A stretch of 64,000 bases of DNA from Candidatus Krumholzibacteriia bacterium (GCA_050174015.1 JBFXKG010000005.1:128001-192000); one strand, 5' to 3'. Counted from the stretch's first letter, positions 1-9,468 are shown. A program made the numbers and translations. Notes: a model not told the origin generated them from the letters alone.

Positions 1-73
1 TTCCCGGGATAAAATATGACCAATGTGGTGAATTTTTATTATGCTTAAAGTCATTCTGGATGGAAAAATCCGG

Positions 74-102
74 TTGACATTTCCTTGTTTTTTCGATAAA
101 CT
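74..102 (+). promoter_or_regulatory. sigma70-type promoter for cassette 1
   Basis: TTGACA (74-79), 17-bp spacer, TAAACT (97-102) in an AT-rich region upstream of ORF 307. Confidence 0.7.
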
Positions 103-150
103 GAATGCATTGAATGTATTCGCAGCGCCAGGGGACGCAGTGCAATCAAC

Positions 151-165
151 CAGGAAAAATTCCTG
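151..165. promoter_or_regulatory. palindromic operator box, copy 1
   Basis: CAGGAA-AAA-TTCCTG, perfect 6-bp inverted repeat; the same motif recurs upstream of cassettes 2 and 3. Confidence 0.65.
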
Positions 166-306
166 ATAACATTTCCCGGTCATGCCCAGGGAATCGGGTA
201 AGACCCGGGAAATCCTGGAAACAATTCGCAAGGCATCGGTTTGTGATCGCTCAAAGCGGACATGAATCATCGGAATTGAACACCAAGAACTTCTGGGGGT
301 CACACC

Positions 307-969
307 ATGATCAGTTTGGTCAAGAAAATGTCCCTGGCGTTGGTCCTGGCAGCGGTGCTGTCCGTGCCGGCCTTCGCCCAGGTCGCTTCCATCGATTATA
401 TCGGATTCGGGTACGAGACCGGAGGCATCTTCCCCAGCGATCCGGGGGATGAACTGGTGGTCGCCGCCATCGCCGACTGGGTCGACGCTGAGTTCGGCGT
501 CGATCTCGGCGCGGATGAGCTGACCTTCCACGTCTACGGCCTGATCAGCACCGGCCAGTTCAGCTCCGGCGGCAACACCGTGGTCGGCTACACGGGCGGC
601 GTCCTGGAGATCTACCAGGATTCCGGCAAGAACGCCGACTGGGGCGTCAATCCCCCCAACGCCACCTCTCCCGGCACCTTCTCCGACGGAACCCTCTTCT
701 TCCAGGGCTCGTTCAACGACTTCACGCTCTTCTTCACGCCCGACGGCAACGGGGCCTTCGAGGGCTCCCTCGACGCCCTGGGCGGAACGATGATCGACGG
801 CAGCTGCGCCGGGTGCGTGTACACCTGGGGCGGGGCGTTCACCCGTGATGCCGGGGCGCTGATTCCAGGGGGTTACGACCTCCAGATCGACGGCGTGTTC
901 CAGATCGACGCCACCGTTTCCAGCGAGACCAGCAACTGGGGATCCGTCAAGGCCCTGTTCAACAACTAG
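307..969 (+). CDS. secreted acidic protein, family A paralog 1, with WGxxK C-terminal tail
   Basis: signal peptide (…VPAFA/Q); CxxC in CAGCVYTWGG; ends SNWGSVKALFNN; clear paralog of 1883 and 3453 ORFs. Confidence 0.9.
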   Translation: MISLVKKMSLALVLAAVLSVPAFAQVASIDYIGFGYETGGIFPSDPGDELVVAAIADWVDAEFGVDLGADELTFHVYGLISTGQFSSGGNTVVGYTGGVLEIYQDSGKNADWGVNPPNATSPGTFSDGTLFFQGSFNDFTLFFTPDGNGAFEGSLDALGGTMIDGSCAGCVYTWGGAFTRDAGALIPGGYDLQIDGVFQIDATVSSETSNWGSVKALFNN

Positions 970-1019
970 GAAGATCAGCCCGGGCCGTGACAGGCCTGGG
1001 ATTCCGGGAGGAATACAGC

Positions 1020-1640
1020 ATGAAGAAGAGGATCATGGTTCTGCTGGTCGCCGCCGCCTCGGTCCTGGTTCCCATGACCGCCCAGGCCCAGCAGCTTTTC
1101 GATTTCAACGGCCAGACCGACCTGCCGGACATGGTGGGATCCGACCTGACGATGTACAGCCGGATGTTCGACGCCTCTCCGGCGGTTCCGCCCATCCCCC
1201 TTGACTTCGCCAACTACGAGTTCACCCTGGTGGTGACCGGGCTCGAACTGGTGACCGACGGGAATCCCCAGGCTTACGCCGGGGGCACCGTGATCATCTA
1301 CCAGGATGACGCCACGCCGGCGGATTACGCCAACACCGGGACCTTCACCGACGGCACCGCCATCCTGGTGGGCAGCCTGGTCAGCCTGAACCGGACCATG
1401 TTCACCTCGTCCCTGGGCTCCGTCCTGGGCACCGTGGACTGGACCGGGGGGACCCGCCTGGACGACATCGCCCCCGAGGATCAGGACGGCTGGGCCTTCC
1501 TGTCGGGTACGATCAACCGGGCCGATTCCGTCGAACCCGGCTTCGATGAGGCCTGGGACGGGAAGGTCGAACCGCAGGAGCCCATCGTGGACGATCAGAA
1601 CAGCAGCTGGGGATCCGTGAAGGCTCTTTTCAGTCGCTAG
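1020..1640 (+). CDS. secreted acidic protein, family B paralog 1, with WGxxK C-terminal tail
   Basis: ATG 1020 after GGAGG RBS; signal peptide (…AQA/QQLFDFNGQ); ends SSWGSVKALFSR. Confidence 0.9.
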   Translation: MKKRIMVLLVAAASVLVPMTAQAQQLFDFNGQTDLPDMVGSDLTMYSRMFDASPAVPPIPLDFANYEFTLVVTGLELVTDGNPQAYAGGTVIIYQDDATPADYANTGTFTDGTAILVGSLVSLNRTMFTSSLGSVLGTVDWTGGTRLDDIAPEDQDGWAFLSGTINRADSVEPGFDEAWDGKVEPQEPIVDDQNSSWGSVKALFSR

Positions 1641-1663
1641 CCGCCATGCGAGGCTTGAGGCGC

Positions 1664-1695
1664 AGGGGCCCCGACCAGGTTCGGGGCCCTTTTTT
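1664..1695 (+). terminator. intrinsic terminator after cassette 1
   Basis: GGGCCCCGA…TCGGGGCCC hairpin followed by a T run. Confidence 0.85.
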
Positions 1696-1727
1696 GATAG
1701 GTGGCGTCATTTTCCCGCCCTGGTCAT

Positions 1728-1778
1728 TTAGGAAAAATTCCTAATATTGTTGAAATCGTTCGGGAAATGGCGTAGGAT
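1728..1778 (+). promoter_or_regulatory. operator box copy 2 plus sigma70 promoter for cassette 2
   Basis: TTAGGAA-AAA-TTCCTAA (1728-1744, perfect 7-bp IR); TTGAAA (1750-1755)-N17-TAGGAT (1773-1778). Confidence 0.7.
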
Positions 1779-1882
1779 TTTTCACAGACGATTCAAAATT
1801 GATGACATAGGGTGCCGGAGATGATGGGAATCACAACGGACGATCCCGGCCGTGATGCGGCCCGGATCCTGGGGGTACGACG

Positions 1883-2551
1883 ATGAAGAGAACCTATGTT
1901 CCGAAGGTGCTGGTGGGCGCCTTGCTTCCGGCCCTGTTCGCGGTCCCAGCCCTGGGACAGGTCTATTCGATCGATTACTTGGGCTATGCCTGGGAAACCG
2001 GCGGGATCCTGCCCAGCGATGCGGGCGACGAACTGGTCATCGTCAGCGTCGCGGACAACGTCGATCCCGCCTTCGGGGTCGATCTGGGCACCGATGAGCT
2101 GACCTTCCACGTCTACGGCCTGATCAGCGGCGGCGAGACGGATTTCCTCGGCAACACCATGATCAACTATTCCGGCGGCTACCTGGAGATCTACCAGGAT
2201 CCTTCGCGGAACGCCGATTGGGGCGTCGATCCCCCCAATGCGACCGCGCCCGGCTCCTTCACCGAGGGCAGCCTGTTCTTCCGTGGCGCCTTCACGGCGT
2301 TCACCCTGTTCTTCGATCCCAGCGGCAGTTACGGTTCCTTCGAGGGGACTCTCGACGGCCTCGCGGGATCGATCATCGACGATGTCTGCTCCGACTGCGT
2401 GTACACGTGGGGCGGGGCGTTCACCCTGGATGCCGGCGCCCAGATTCCGCAGGGCTATGACCTCCAGATCGACGGCGTCTTCGAGATCGACGCGGCCGTG
2501 TCCTCGGAATCCGCGAGCTGGGGTTCGGTGAAGGCGCTCTTCAACAATTGA
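1883..2551 (+). CDS. secreted acidic protein, family A paralog 2, with WGxxK tail
   Basis: signal peptide (…PALG/QVYS); CSDCVYTWGG; ends ASWGSVKALFNN. Confidence 0.9.
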   Translation: MKRTYVPKVLVGALLPALFAVPALGQVYSIDYLGYAWETGGILPSDAGDELVIVSVADNVDPAFGVDLGTDELTFHVYGLISGGETDFLGNTMINYSGGYLEIYQDPSRNADWGVDPPNATAPGSFTEGSLFFRGAFTAFTLFFDPSGSYGSFEGTLDGLAGSIIDDVCSDCVYTWGGAFTLDAGAQIPQGYDLQIDGVFEIDAAVSSESASWGSVKALFNN

Positions 2552-2598
2552 GGTTTGCATCGCTCCGCGGGGGGCTTGTGACATCTGGAGGTTGCAAC

Positions 2599-3219
2599 AT
2601 GAGATTCACGGTAAAGATCCTGCTGGCCGTCCTGGCGCTGGCTTCGCTTCCGGTGGCCGTGCAGGCCCAGCAGCTGTTCGACTTCAACGGTCAGGCGGTC
2701 CTGCCCGCCGGAACGGGCGGGACCCTGACCATGCACAGCATCGTTTACGACGCGGCTCCCGCCGTGACGCCGATTCCCCTGGATTTCGCGAACTTCGAGT
2801 TCACGATCGTCGTGGAGAACCTGATCCTGGATGTGGACGGGAATCCGCAGACGTACTCCGGAGGCACGGTCACCCTGTACCAGGACGCTGCGACGGCCGC
2901 GGACTTCGGGGACCTCTCGACCTTCACGGACGGGACGGCGATCCTGATCGGGACCATCACCACCCTGAACCGGACGCTGTTCACGGCGACCCTGGGGTCG
3001 GTGCTGGGTTCGGTGGACTGGACCGGCGGGACCCGCCTGGACGACATCGCACCCTGGGATCAGGGTGGCTGGGCGTTCCTGAGCGGCCTGACCAATCGGG
3101 TGGATTCGGTGGTGCCGGGATTCGACGAGGCCTGGGACGGGAAGATCGAACCGTCCGAGCCCATCGTCGCCGGCGAGGCGAGTTCCTGGGGTTCGGTCAA
3201 GGCCCTGTTCAATCGTTGA
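2599..3219 (+). CDS. secreted acidic protein, family B paralog 2, with WGxxK tail
   Basis: ATG 2599 after GGAGG; …VQA/QQLFDFNGQ; ends SSWGSVKALFNR. Confidence 0.9.
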   Translation: MRFTVKILLAVLALASLPVAVQAQQLFDFNGQAVLPAGTGGTLTMHSIVYDAAPAVTPIPLDFANFEFTIVVENLILDVDGNPQTYSGGTVTLYQDAATAADFGDLSTFTDGTAILIGTITTLNRTLFTATLGSVLGSVDWTGGTRLDDIAPWDQGGWAFLSGLTNRVDSVVPGFDEAWDGKIEPSEPIVAGEASSWGSVKALFNR

Positions 3220-3234
3220 CCGCCTCCCGTTCAT

Positions 3235-3269
3235 CTGCGAGCCCCGGCCTGCGGGGCTCGCAGTTTTTT
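3235..3269 (+). terminator. intrinsic terminator after cassette 2
   Basis: CTGCGAGCCCCG-loop-CGGGGCTCGCAG followed by TTTTTT. Confidence 0.9.
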
Positions 3270-3324
3270 GACCACATGTGCTCGAATTTGGTATATCGTT
3301 GCCATCATTGAAGTTGGTGAAAGA

Positions 3325-3374
3325 TAAGAAAAATTCCTAATTCCATTGCATTTTCTGGCCGGCCGTGCTAGTCT
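3325..3374 (+). promoter_or_regulatory. operator box copy 3 plus sigma70 promoter for cassette 3
   Basis: TAAGAA-AAA-TTCCTA (3325-3339); TTGCAT (3346-3351)-N17-TAGTCT (3369-3374) with extended -10 TG; box-to--35 distance is the same as in copy 2. Confidence 0.65.
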
Positions 3375-3452
3375 CACCCTGAAATCGCCCACCAATTAAA
3401 ACTCAATTCGATATATGCGACCCGCAACTCGAGTTCAGCTGGAGGGAAGATC

Positions 3453-4115
3453 ATGAAGAAAACCTTCACCCCTTGCGCCCTGGTGAGCCTGCTGCTCGCT
3501 TTCGTTCTGGCGGTGCCGGCGCTGGGGCAGGTGTATTCCGTCGATTATCTCGGTTATGGCTGGGAGCAGGGCGGCCCCCTGAAGGCCGCCGGTGATGAAC
3601 TGATCATCACGGCCACGTCGACCTACGTGCATCCTGCCTTCGGCGTCGATCTCGGAACCGAGGAATTGACCTTCTACGTCTCGAGCTTGATCAGCAACGG
3701 CCCGACGGACTACTTCGGCAACACCCAGATCAACTACACCGGCGGCATTCTCGAGATCTATCAGGATCCCCTGATGAACGCGGACTGGGGAGTCAATCCT
3801 CCCAACGCCACCTCACCGGGCAGCTTCCAGGAAGGCAGCCTGTTCTTCGCGGGGGCGTTCACCGCCTTCACCATGTTCTTCGATCCTTCCGGGTCCTACG
3901 GTTCGTTCGAGGGGACCCTCGACGGGGTGGCCGGCTCCATCATCGACGGGGTCTGCTCCGATTGCGTCTACACCTGGGGTGGCGCCTTCCAGACCGGTTC
4001 CGGGGCCCAGATTCCCGAGGGGTACTGGATCCAGGTCGATGGCGTGTTCGAGATCGATGCCGCCGTATCTTCGGAGGCCGCCAGCTGGGGCTCCGTCAAA
4101 GCACTTTTCAACTAG
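3453..4115 (+). CDS. secreted acidic protein, family A paralog 3, with WGxxK tail
   Basis: signal peptide (…PALG/QVYS); CSDCVYTWGG; ends ASWGSVKALFN. Confidence 0.9.
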   Translation: MKKTFTPCALVSLLLAFVLAVPALGQVYSVDYLGYGWEQGGPLKAAGDELIITATSTYVHPAFGVDLGTEELTFYVSSLISNGPTDYFGNTQINYTGGILEIYQDPLMNADWGVNPPNATSPGSFQEGSLFFAGAFTAFTMFFDPSGSYGSFEGTLDGVAGSIIDGVCSDCVYTWGGAFQTGSGAQIPEGYWIQVDGVFEIDAAVSSEAASWGSVKALFN

Positions 4116-4160
4116 TCCGGTAGGATTCGCCGCGACGCCCTGCGGCATGGGAGGACGGAA

Positions 4161-4769
4161 ATGAAGAACGCAATCAAGGGAATGCTGATCGTCCTGGCGG
4201 TGGTTGCCTTGCCCCTGTCCGCCTCGGCGCAACAGTTGTTCGACTTCAACGGCCAGGCCATGGTGCCTGCGGTGGTCGGCGGCACGCTGAGCATGTACAG
4301 CGTGATGTACGATCCCGCCCCGCAGACCACGCCCCTCCCGCTGGACTTCGACAACTTCGAATACACGCTGGTGGTTTCGGGAGCGACCCTCGACGTCAAC
4401 GGCAATCCCCAGTCCTACGTCGGCGGCGTGCTGACGATCTACGAGGACGCGGGTACGGCGGCCGACTTCGCCAACACCGCGACGTTCACCGACGGCACGG
4501 CCATCCTGGTGGGGAGCTTCACCTCCCTCAACCGGATCGTCTTCCTGAGCACGGGTTCGGTCCAGGGCTACCTGGACTGGAACGGAGGCGCCTGGCTGAA
4601 CGACATCGCGCCCGAGGATCAGACCGGCTGGGCCTTCCTTGCCGGCACCAACAGCCGCAGCCCCGAACCCGGATATTCGGAGACCTGGGACGGCAAGGTG
4701 GAGCCGCCGACGGTCATCGTCGACGACCACGTCTCCTCCTTCGGCTCGGTCAAGGCGCTGTTCAAGTAG
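4161..4769 (+). CDS. secreted acidic protein, family B paralog 3, with FGxxK tail
   Basis: …ASA/QQLFDFNGQ; ends SSFGSVKALFK. Confidence 0.9.
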   Translation: MKNAIKGMLIVLAVVALPLSASAQQLFDFNGQAMVPAVVGGTLSMYSVMYDPAPQTTPLPLDFDNFEYTLVVSGATLDVNGNPQSYVGGVLTIYEDAGTAADFANTATFTDGTAILVGSFTSLNRIVFLSTGSVQGYLDWNGGAWLNDIAPEDQTGWAFLAGTNSRSPEPGYSETWDGKVEPPTVIVDDHVSSFGSVKALFK

Positions 4770-4789
4770 CCGTTTCCGCCGGCCGGACA

Positions 4790-4826
4790 GAATGACGGAC
4801 CGCCCTTCGGGGCGGTCCGTTCATTC
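4790..4826. terminator. hairpin between convergent genes (probable bidirectional terminator)
   Basis: GAATGACGGACCGCCC-TTCG-GGGCGGTCCGTTCATTC. Confidence 0.75.
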
Positions 4827-4848
4827 ATGCCCAAGGGTGCGGCGCCGG

Positions 4849-6651
4849 CTACTCGGCCGGCAGGACCGTCACGGTGATGGCGTCCTGGACGACGTCATCC
4901 CCGGTCCCCGCCCTCGCCAGGATGGTGATCTCCGTGGCCTCGGTCACCGCGGGAGTCCGCCAGGTGGCCGACCAGATCTCCAGCCCCTCCACCGCCTGCG
5001 GCTCCGATCCCGCCATGAGATCGACGAACGAAAGCGGGGCCCCTCCAAGGATGCCGGAGGCCGTCCCGGCGATGGTCACGTCGGTGTCGGCCTGCACCTG
5101 GGCTCCGTCGAGGGGTTCGGCGATGGCCACGAGCAGCTGGGAAACGGTGACGTCGATGATGGCCGTGGCGGAATCGGCGCCGGCCCACGCGCGGGCTCGC
5201 AGGACCCGCGGGGTGTCGGCGGCGAAGAGGGGGACGTTCCAATCGAAGGACCAGGCTTCCAGGCCGTCCGCGGCCACGAATCCCGCGCCGTCGCCCACGT
5301 CCACCTTGACCGAATCGATGGAGGTCTCCCCGGCGTTGCCGCTGCCCTGCACCATCAGAGGAACGCCGCCGAGCACCACGTCACCGTTGCGGGGGGCCAG
5401 GAAGTTGACCGAGACCGGCTGCTGGACGCGGATGACCGAGGCCGTCAGGATCCTGGAATCCGCCCAGTCGTTGCGGTACTGGGCGTAGACCGTGATCTCG
5501 CCCTCATCCGCTCCGAGGTCGATCGCGGCCGAGTCGGCATAGGCCTGCCACCCGGTGCCGCGGAAGTCGGGACTGAGGGAAAAGCGCATCAAGGTGGCCA
5601 CCGCGCCGGAGATCCCGATCACCGTGCTCGCGCCGGTGACGCCGGAGGGCACGTCCAGCTCGAAGGTCGCCTCCTGGAGCAGATCGGGGCTGACGTCCCA
5701 GTCGGTGACGGCGGTGAACCCGAAGTCACCCTGGAATTCCCCGAAGATCGTCTGGGGAGAGGCGGAATCCGCCAGCTGGAAGCCGCCGACCGTCTCGGCC
5801 GGATCCCGCCACTCGGCGGAGGCGAGGGCCTCGGAGCTGGCGGCGAAACGCATGGCCGTGACCCCTTCGGTGGCGACGGTCAGATCGACCAGCCGGGTGG
5901 CGACGCTCGCGGGTTTTCCGGCTACGGAGAAATCAGGTTCGAAATCCACGGTCAGGGTCTTCGACCCGACGGCGGAGGCGGAACCGGCGGTATAACCCTT
6001 GGCGAAGATCCTGACCGTGTCGCCGTTCTGGGAGGCGGGACCGAAATCCCAGGGGATGGTCTGGGCGACTCCAGGCGTCACGACGGGATAGCTCACCGCC
6101 CCGGTGAAGTCCTCGACGGCTGCCACCACGAAACTGTCCTGCATGTTGACGGTGATCTCGACCTCCTGGTGGCGGGAGGCGACGGTCTTGCGAGCCGAAT
6201 CGTTCCCCACCACGATGCGAGGCAGGGACAGGGCCGAGGCCGGGACTTGGTAGGAGAGGAGGGTGAAGTCGCCGCCCTCGTTGAAGGCCTGCACCTGGAA
6301 GAAGTGCATCCGGGTGGGGGACGGGTTGGGGTACAGGTACTGGTTGGACGGGGCGGTGGTCGCATCGACCGTCGCCACGTATTCGTACCCCGTTCCCGAA
6401 CTGAAGCTGTGGTTGACGTCGTAGGTGGTGATGCCCAGTCCCTGGGGCTGGTCCCACATCAGCAGGATGAACGTGTCGCTGGCCGTGGCGCGCAGGTTCA
6501 GCGGACCGCCGCCGGCGAGCCCCGCGGGGTCGAAGGGGTTGTCGAACTCCGGAGCGGCGGGTTTGCTCTCGCAGCCGGCGAGGACGGCGCCCAGGGCGAT
6601 GGCTCCGCAGGCGAGGAAGAAGATCAGGCGGATGATCCGGCGGTCGGACAT
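4849..6651 (-). CDS. surface lipoprotein with FN3/Ig-like domains
   Basis: lipobox LAGC; FDNPFDP motif; FN3-like N-terminal segment and repeated beta-rich Ig-like units. Confidence 0.75.
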   Translation of the reverse strand: MSDRRIIRLIFFLACGAIALGAVLAGCESKPAAPEFDNPFDPAGLAGGGPLNLRATASDTFILLMWDQPQGLGITTYDVNHSFSSGTGYEYVATVDATTAPSNQYLYPNPSPTRMHFFQVQAFNEGGDFTLLSYQVPASALSLPRIVVGNDSARKTVASRHQEVEITVNMQDSFVVAAVEDFTGAVSYPVVTPGVAQTIPWDFGPASQNGDTVRIFAKGYTAGSASAVGSKTLTVDFEPDFSVAGKPASVATRLVDLTVATEGVTAMRFAASSEALASAEWRDPAETVGGFQLADSASPQTIFGEFQGDFGFTAVTDWDVSPDLLQEATFELDVPSGVTGASTVIGISGAVATLMRFSLSPDFRGTGWQAYADSAAIDLGADEGEITVYAQYRNDWADSRILTASVIRVQQPVSVNFLAPRNGDVVLGGVPLMVQGSGNAGETSIDSVKVDVGDGAGFVAADGLEAWSFDWNVPLFAADTPRVLRARAWAGADSATAIIDVTVSQLLVAIAEPLDGAQVQADTDVTIAGTASGILGGAPLSFVDLMAGSEPQAVEGLEIWSATWRTPAVTEATEITILARAGTGDDVVQDAITVTVLPAE

Positions 6652-6673
6652 GCCAGGCTACTCCTTGGATCGG

Positions 6674-7423
6674 TCAAAAACTCAGACGCAAGCCGGCGTG
6701 GACCGCCGGCTGCCAGGTCGTGGCCATCGCCCGGTCCGCAGGGGCGGCTGCGGCCCGGACGGGTGTTTCGCCTGTTCCCGCGGTGACGGCGGGGAATGAG
6801 AGGTAAGCGTCCAGGATGCTCACCAGCACGGCGCCGGCCGCGACGGCGAGGCCCGTGTTGCGCAGGGATTCCATGTCCTCCATGTCGGCATAGGCCTGGT
6901 CGGCCGCCGCCCGCAGCTCCGCCAGCCTGTCGGCGTTGATCGTCCGGTCGTACTCGTCCTGCAGCAGGAGGAAGTCGCGGCGCTCGTTGCTGCGCTGGAT
7001 CTCCCCGGCCAGGGCGGCCAGGAGCCCGCCGATTTCCGCTGCGGAATAGACGAAACCCCGGGTCCGGTGGCCGAGATACTGCTGGCCGAGCCCGGCGAGC
7101 AGGAGGTTGCTGCCCAGGGCCGTGCGGCGGCTCAGGGGTTGCATCCTCACCTGGAGGCGCACCACGGCACCCGGTCCGTCGAGGACGATCTCCTGGCGGT
7201 AGTCGACGTGCCCCGGGAGTTCGCAAAGGAGCTCGTGGCGTCCGGGTTCCAGCTCGAGCGCCGCGTCCAGCGGGAAGAATCCCAGGGGACGGCCGTCGAG
7301 GATCACGGCGGCGCCCGGGGGGCCGGCGAGTTCGAGGGTGGCGGCTCCGGTCGCGGAGGCCGGGCCCGGAAAGGCCGGACCCAGCAAAAGAACGACCAGC
7401 AGAATGAAAGGCGTACGCGTCAT
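6674..7423 (-). CDS. PEGA-domain secreted/outer-membrane protein
   Basis: signal peptide; PPGAAVILDG…G…P…LEPGRH PEGA-like motif; ends GLRLSF. Confidence 0.7.
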   Translation of the reverse strand: MTRTPFILLVVLLLGPAFPGPASATGAATLELAGPPGAAVILDGRPLGFFPLDAALELEPGRHELLCELPGHVDYRQEIVLDGPGAVVRLQVRMQPLSRRTALGSNLLLAGLGQQYLGHRTRGFVYSAAEIGGLLAALAGEIQRSNERRDFLLLQDEYDRTINADRLAELRAAADQAYADMEDMESLRNTGLAVAAGAVLVSILDAYLSFPAVTAGTGETPVRAAAAPADRAMATTWQPAVHAGLRLSF

Positions 7424-7609
7424 GGTGCCAGCTTTCCCGTCTTCGAACCTGTGGCTGGGGGATTCCGGCCTCGACCGGCCTCGGCCTTGCGGTCCCCTTC
7501 CTCGAGGACGGACAAGGCGCGGTCATTATAGGACAGACCCTCGATCTTGACCCCCCAAAAAAAGGAGAGGGGTGTCCCGGGAAGTCCCTGATCGGACTGC
7601 GGTTGGAGG

Positions 7610-8044
7610 TCAGGCCCGGTGATAGGGCTTGCCCGCCAGGATCGTCAGGCCCCGATAGACCTGCTCCAGAAGCAAGACCCTCGCCATCTCGTGGGTCAAG
7701 GTCAAGCTTGAAAGTCGCAGGAAGCGGTGGGCCCGCCCGCGGGTACCGGGCCCCAGACCGTCGGGGCCGCCGATCACGAAGGTGACCGACCCGTGGGCGC
7801 CCAGCAGTCGGGCGAGGCTCATGCTGTCGAGGTCTTCCCCTCGTTCGTCCAGGGCCACGACGATCCCGCTGCCCTGGTCCGATCCCAGCAGGGCGGCGAT
7901 CTCCCGGTCTTCCCTGTCGGGTCGCGAATCCTTGATCTCCCTGATTTCGAGGCGGGCCATGCCGCGTGCGCGCTGGAGATAAGTCTCCGCAAGCTGTCCG
8001 AGGTTGCGGTCCTTCATCCTGCCGACGGCGATGATCCTGATCAC
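7610..8044 (-). CDS. rlmH: 23S rRNA (pseudouridine-1915-N3)-methyltransferase
   Basis: IRIIAVGRMK start; LDERG, FVIGGPDG, HEMARVLLLEQVYR, PYHR motifs; GTG start at 8044. Confidence 0.92.
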   Translation of the reverse strand: MIRIIAVGRMKDRNLGQLAETYLQRARGMARLEIREIKDSRPDREDREIAALLGSDQGSGIVVALDERGEDLDSMSLARLLGAHGSVTFVIGGPDGLGPGTRGRAHRFLRLSSLTLTHEMARVLLLEQVYRGLTILAGKPYHRA

Positions 8045-8359
8045 GGTCGCGGTTCCCTTTCCAGGGGCCAGGAGGCCCGAGATACAAGACCAAAAAGATA
8101 CCCATTGGATTCGTGTAACTGCATGTAAGGTAACACACCTTTCCAGATTCCGTTCTTCATAATCAATCACTTCAACAAGTCCTTGACACTCCACGGAACG
8201 GAATATGAAATTGGCCCCGGTGGCTGTCATAAAAATGACATGCCCCCTCCGGGCCCCCGAGCGGGTTCGTTTCCCGGCCGGATCGCACCCTGCATCCGTG
8301 TCACAGAGCGGCGTCAGCCCGGGCCTGCCCGGGCGTCAACGAAATCCGGGATCCCTCTT

Positions 8360-8841
8360 ATGAATCTCCTTCTTTCGCCAGGGACCGCGACCCCCAGCCA
8401 CGTCGCCGATTACGCCACGGTCCTCATCTTCATCCTGGTCGGGTTCGTGTTCGCGGGAATCGCCCTCGGTGTGGCGAAGCTCCTGCGGCCAAGCAAACCC
8501 AGCCCCGCCAAGCTGACCACCTACGAGTGCGGCGAGCTGCCCACCGGATCCTCATGGGTGCGCTTCAACGTCCGGTTCTACCTCGTCGCCCTGTTCTTCA
8601 TCGTCTTCGACGTCGAAGTCATCTTCCTGTATCCCTGGGCGGTCGTGTTCAAGCAGTTGTATCCCGTGCCCCAGCTGGGAGCCCTGGTCTTCTGGGAGAT
8701 GATCATCTTCCTGGCCATCCTGAGCGTGGGCCTGGCCTACGTCTGGGTCAAGGGCGACCTGGCCTGGGTCAAGAAGCTGGTGGACCGGACCCCGGCCGAA
8801 TCGGCCACTCCCGCCGTCCTCGAGGAGGAGGTTTCCGCTCC

Positions 8842-8845
<4 letters not shown>
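8360..8845 (+). CDS. nuoA: NADH-quinone oxidoreductase subunit A
   Basis: [28 protein letters not shown]. Confidence 0.95.
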
Positions 8846-9456
<611 letters not shown>

Positions 9457-9468
9457 AGGCGGAAGGTC

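Noticed and set aside
307..4769. CRISPR, diversity-generating retroelement or integron explanation for the repeated units
   Set aside because: The repeats are whole paralogous genes with their own promoters; there is no repeat-spacer structure, reverse transcriptase, integrase or attC-like site.
4639..6786. 715-aa plus-strand ORF and similar long ORFs (13664-16003 -, 39824-41818 -, 44389-46464 -, 50934-53099 -, 55471-57702 +)
   Set aside because: Antisense or alternate-frame shadows of well-supported genes, expected at high GC; they carry no recognisable motifs.
7560..7640. rlmH 3' end as an integration site (as for orfX/SCC elements)
   Set aside because: No recombinase, att-like direct repeat or compositional shift nearby.
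8255..8285. T-arm-like CGGGTTCGTTTCCCG in the nuoA leader (possible tRNA)
   Set aside because: No D arm, anticodon arm or acceptor stem.
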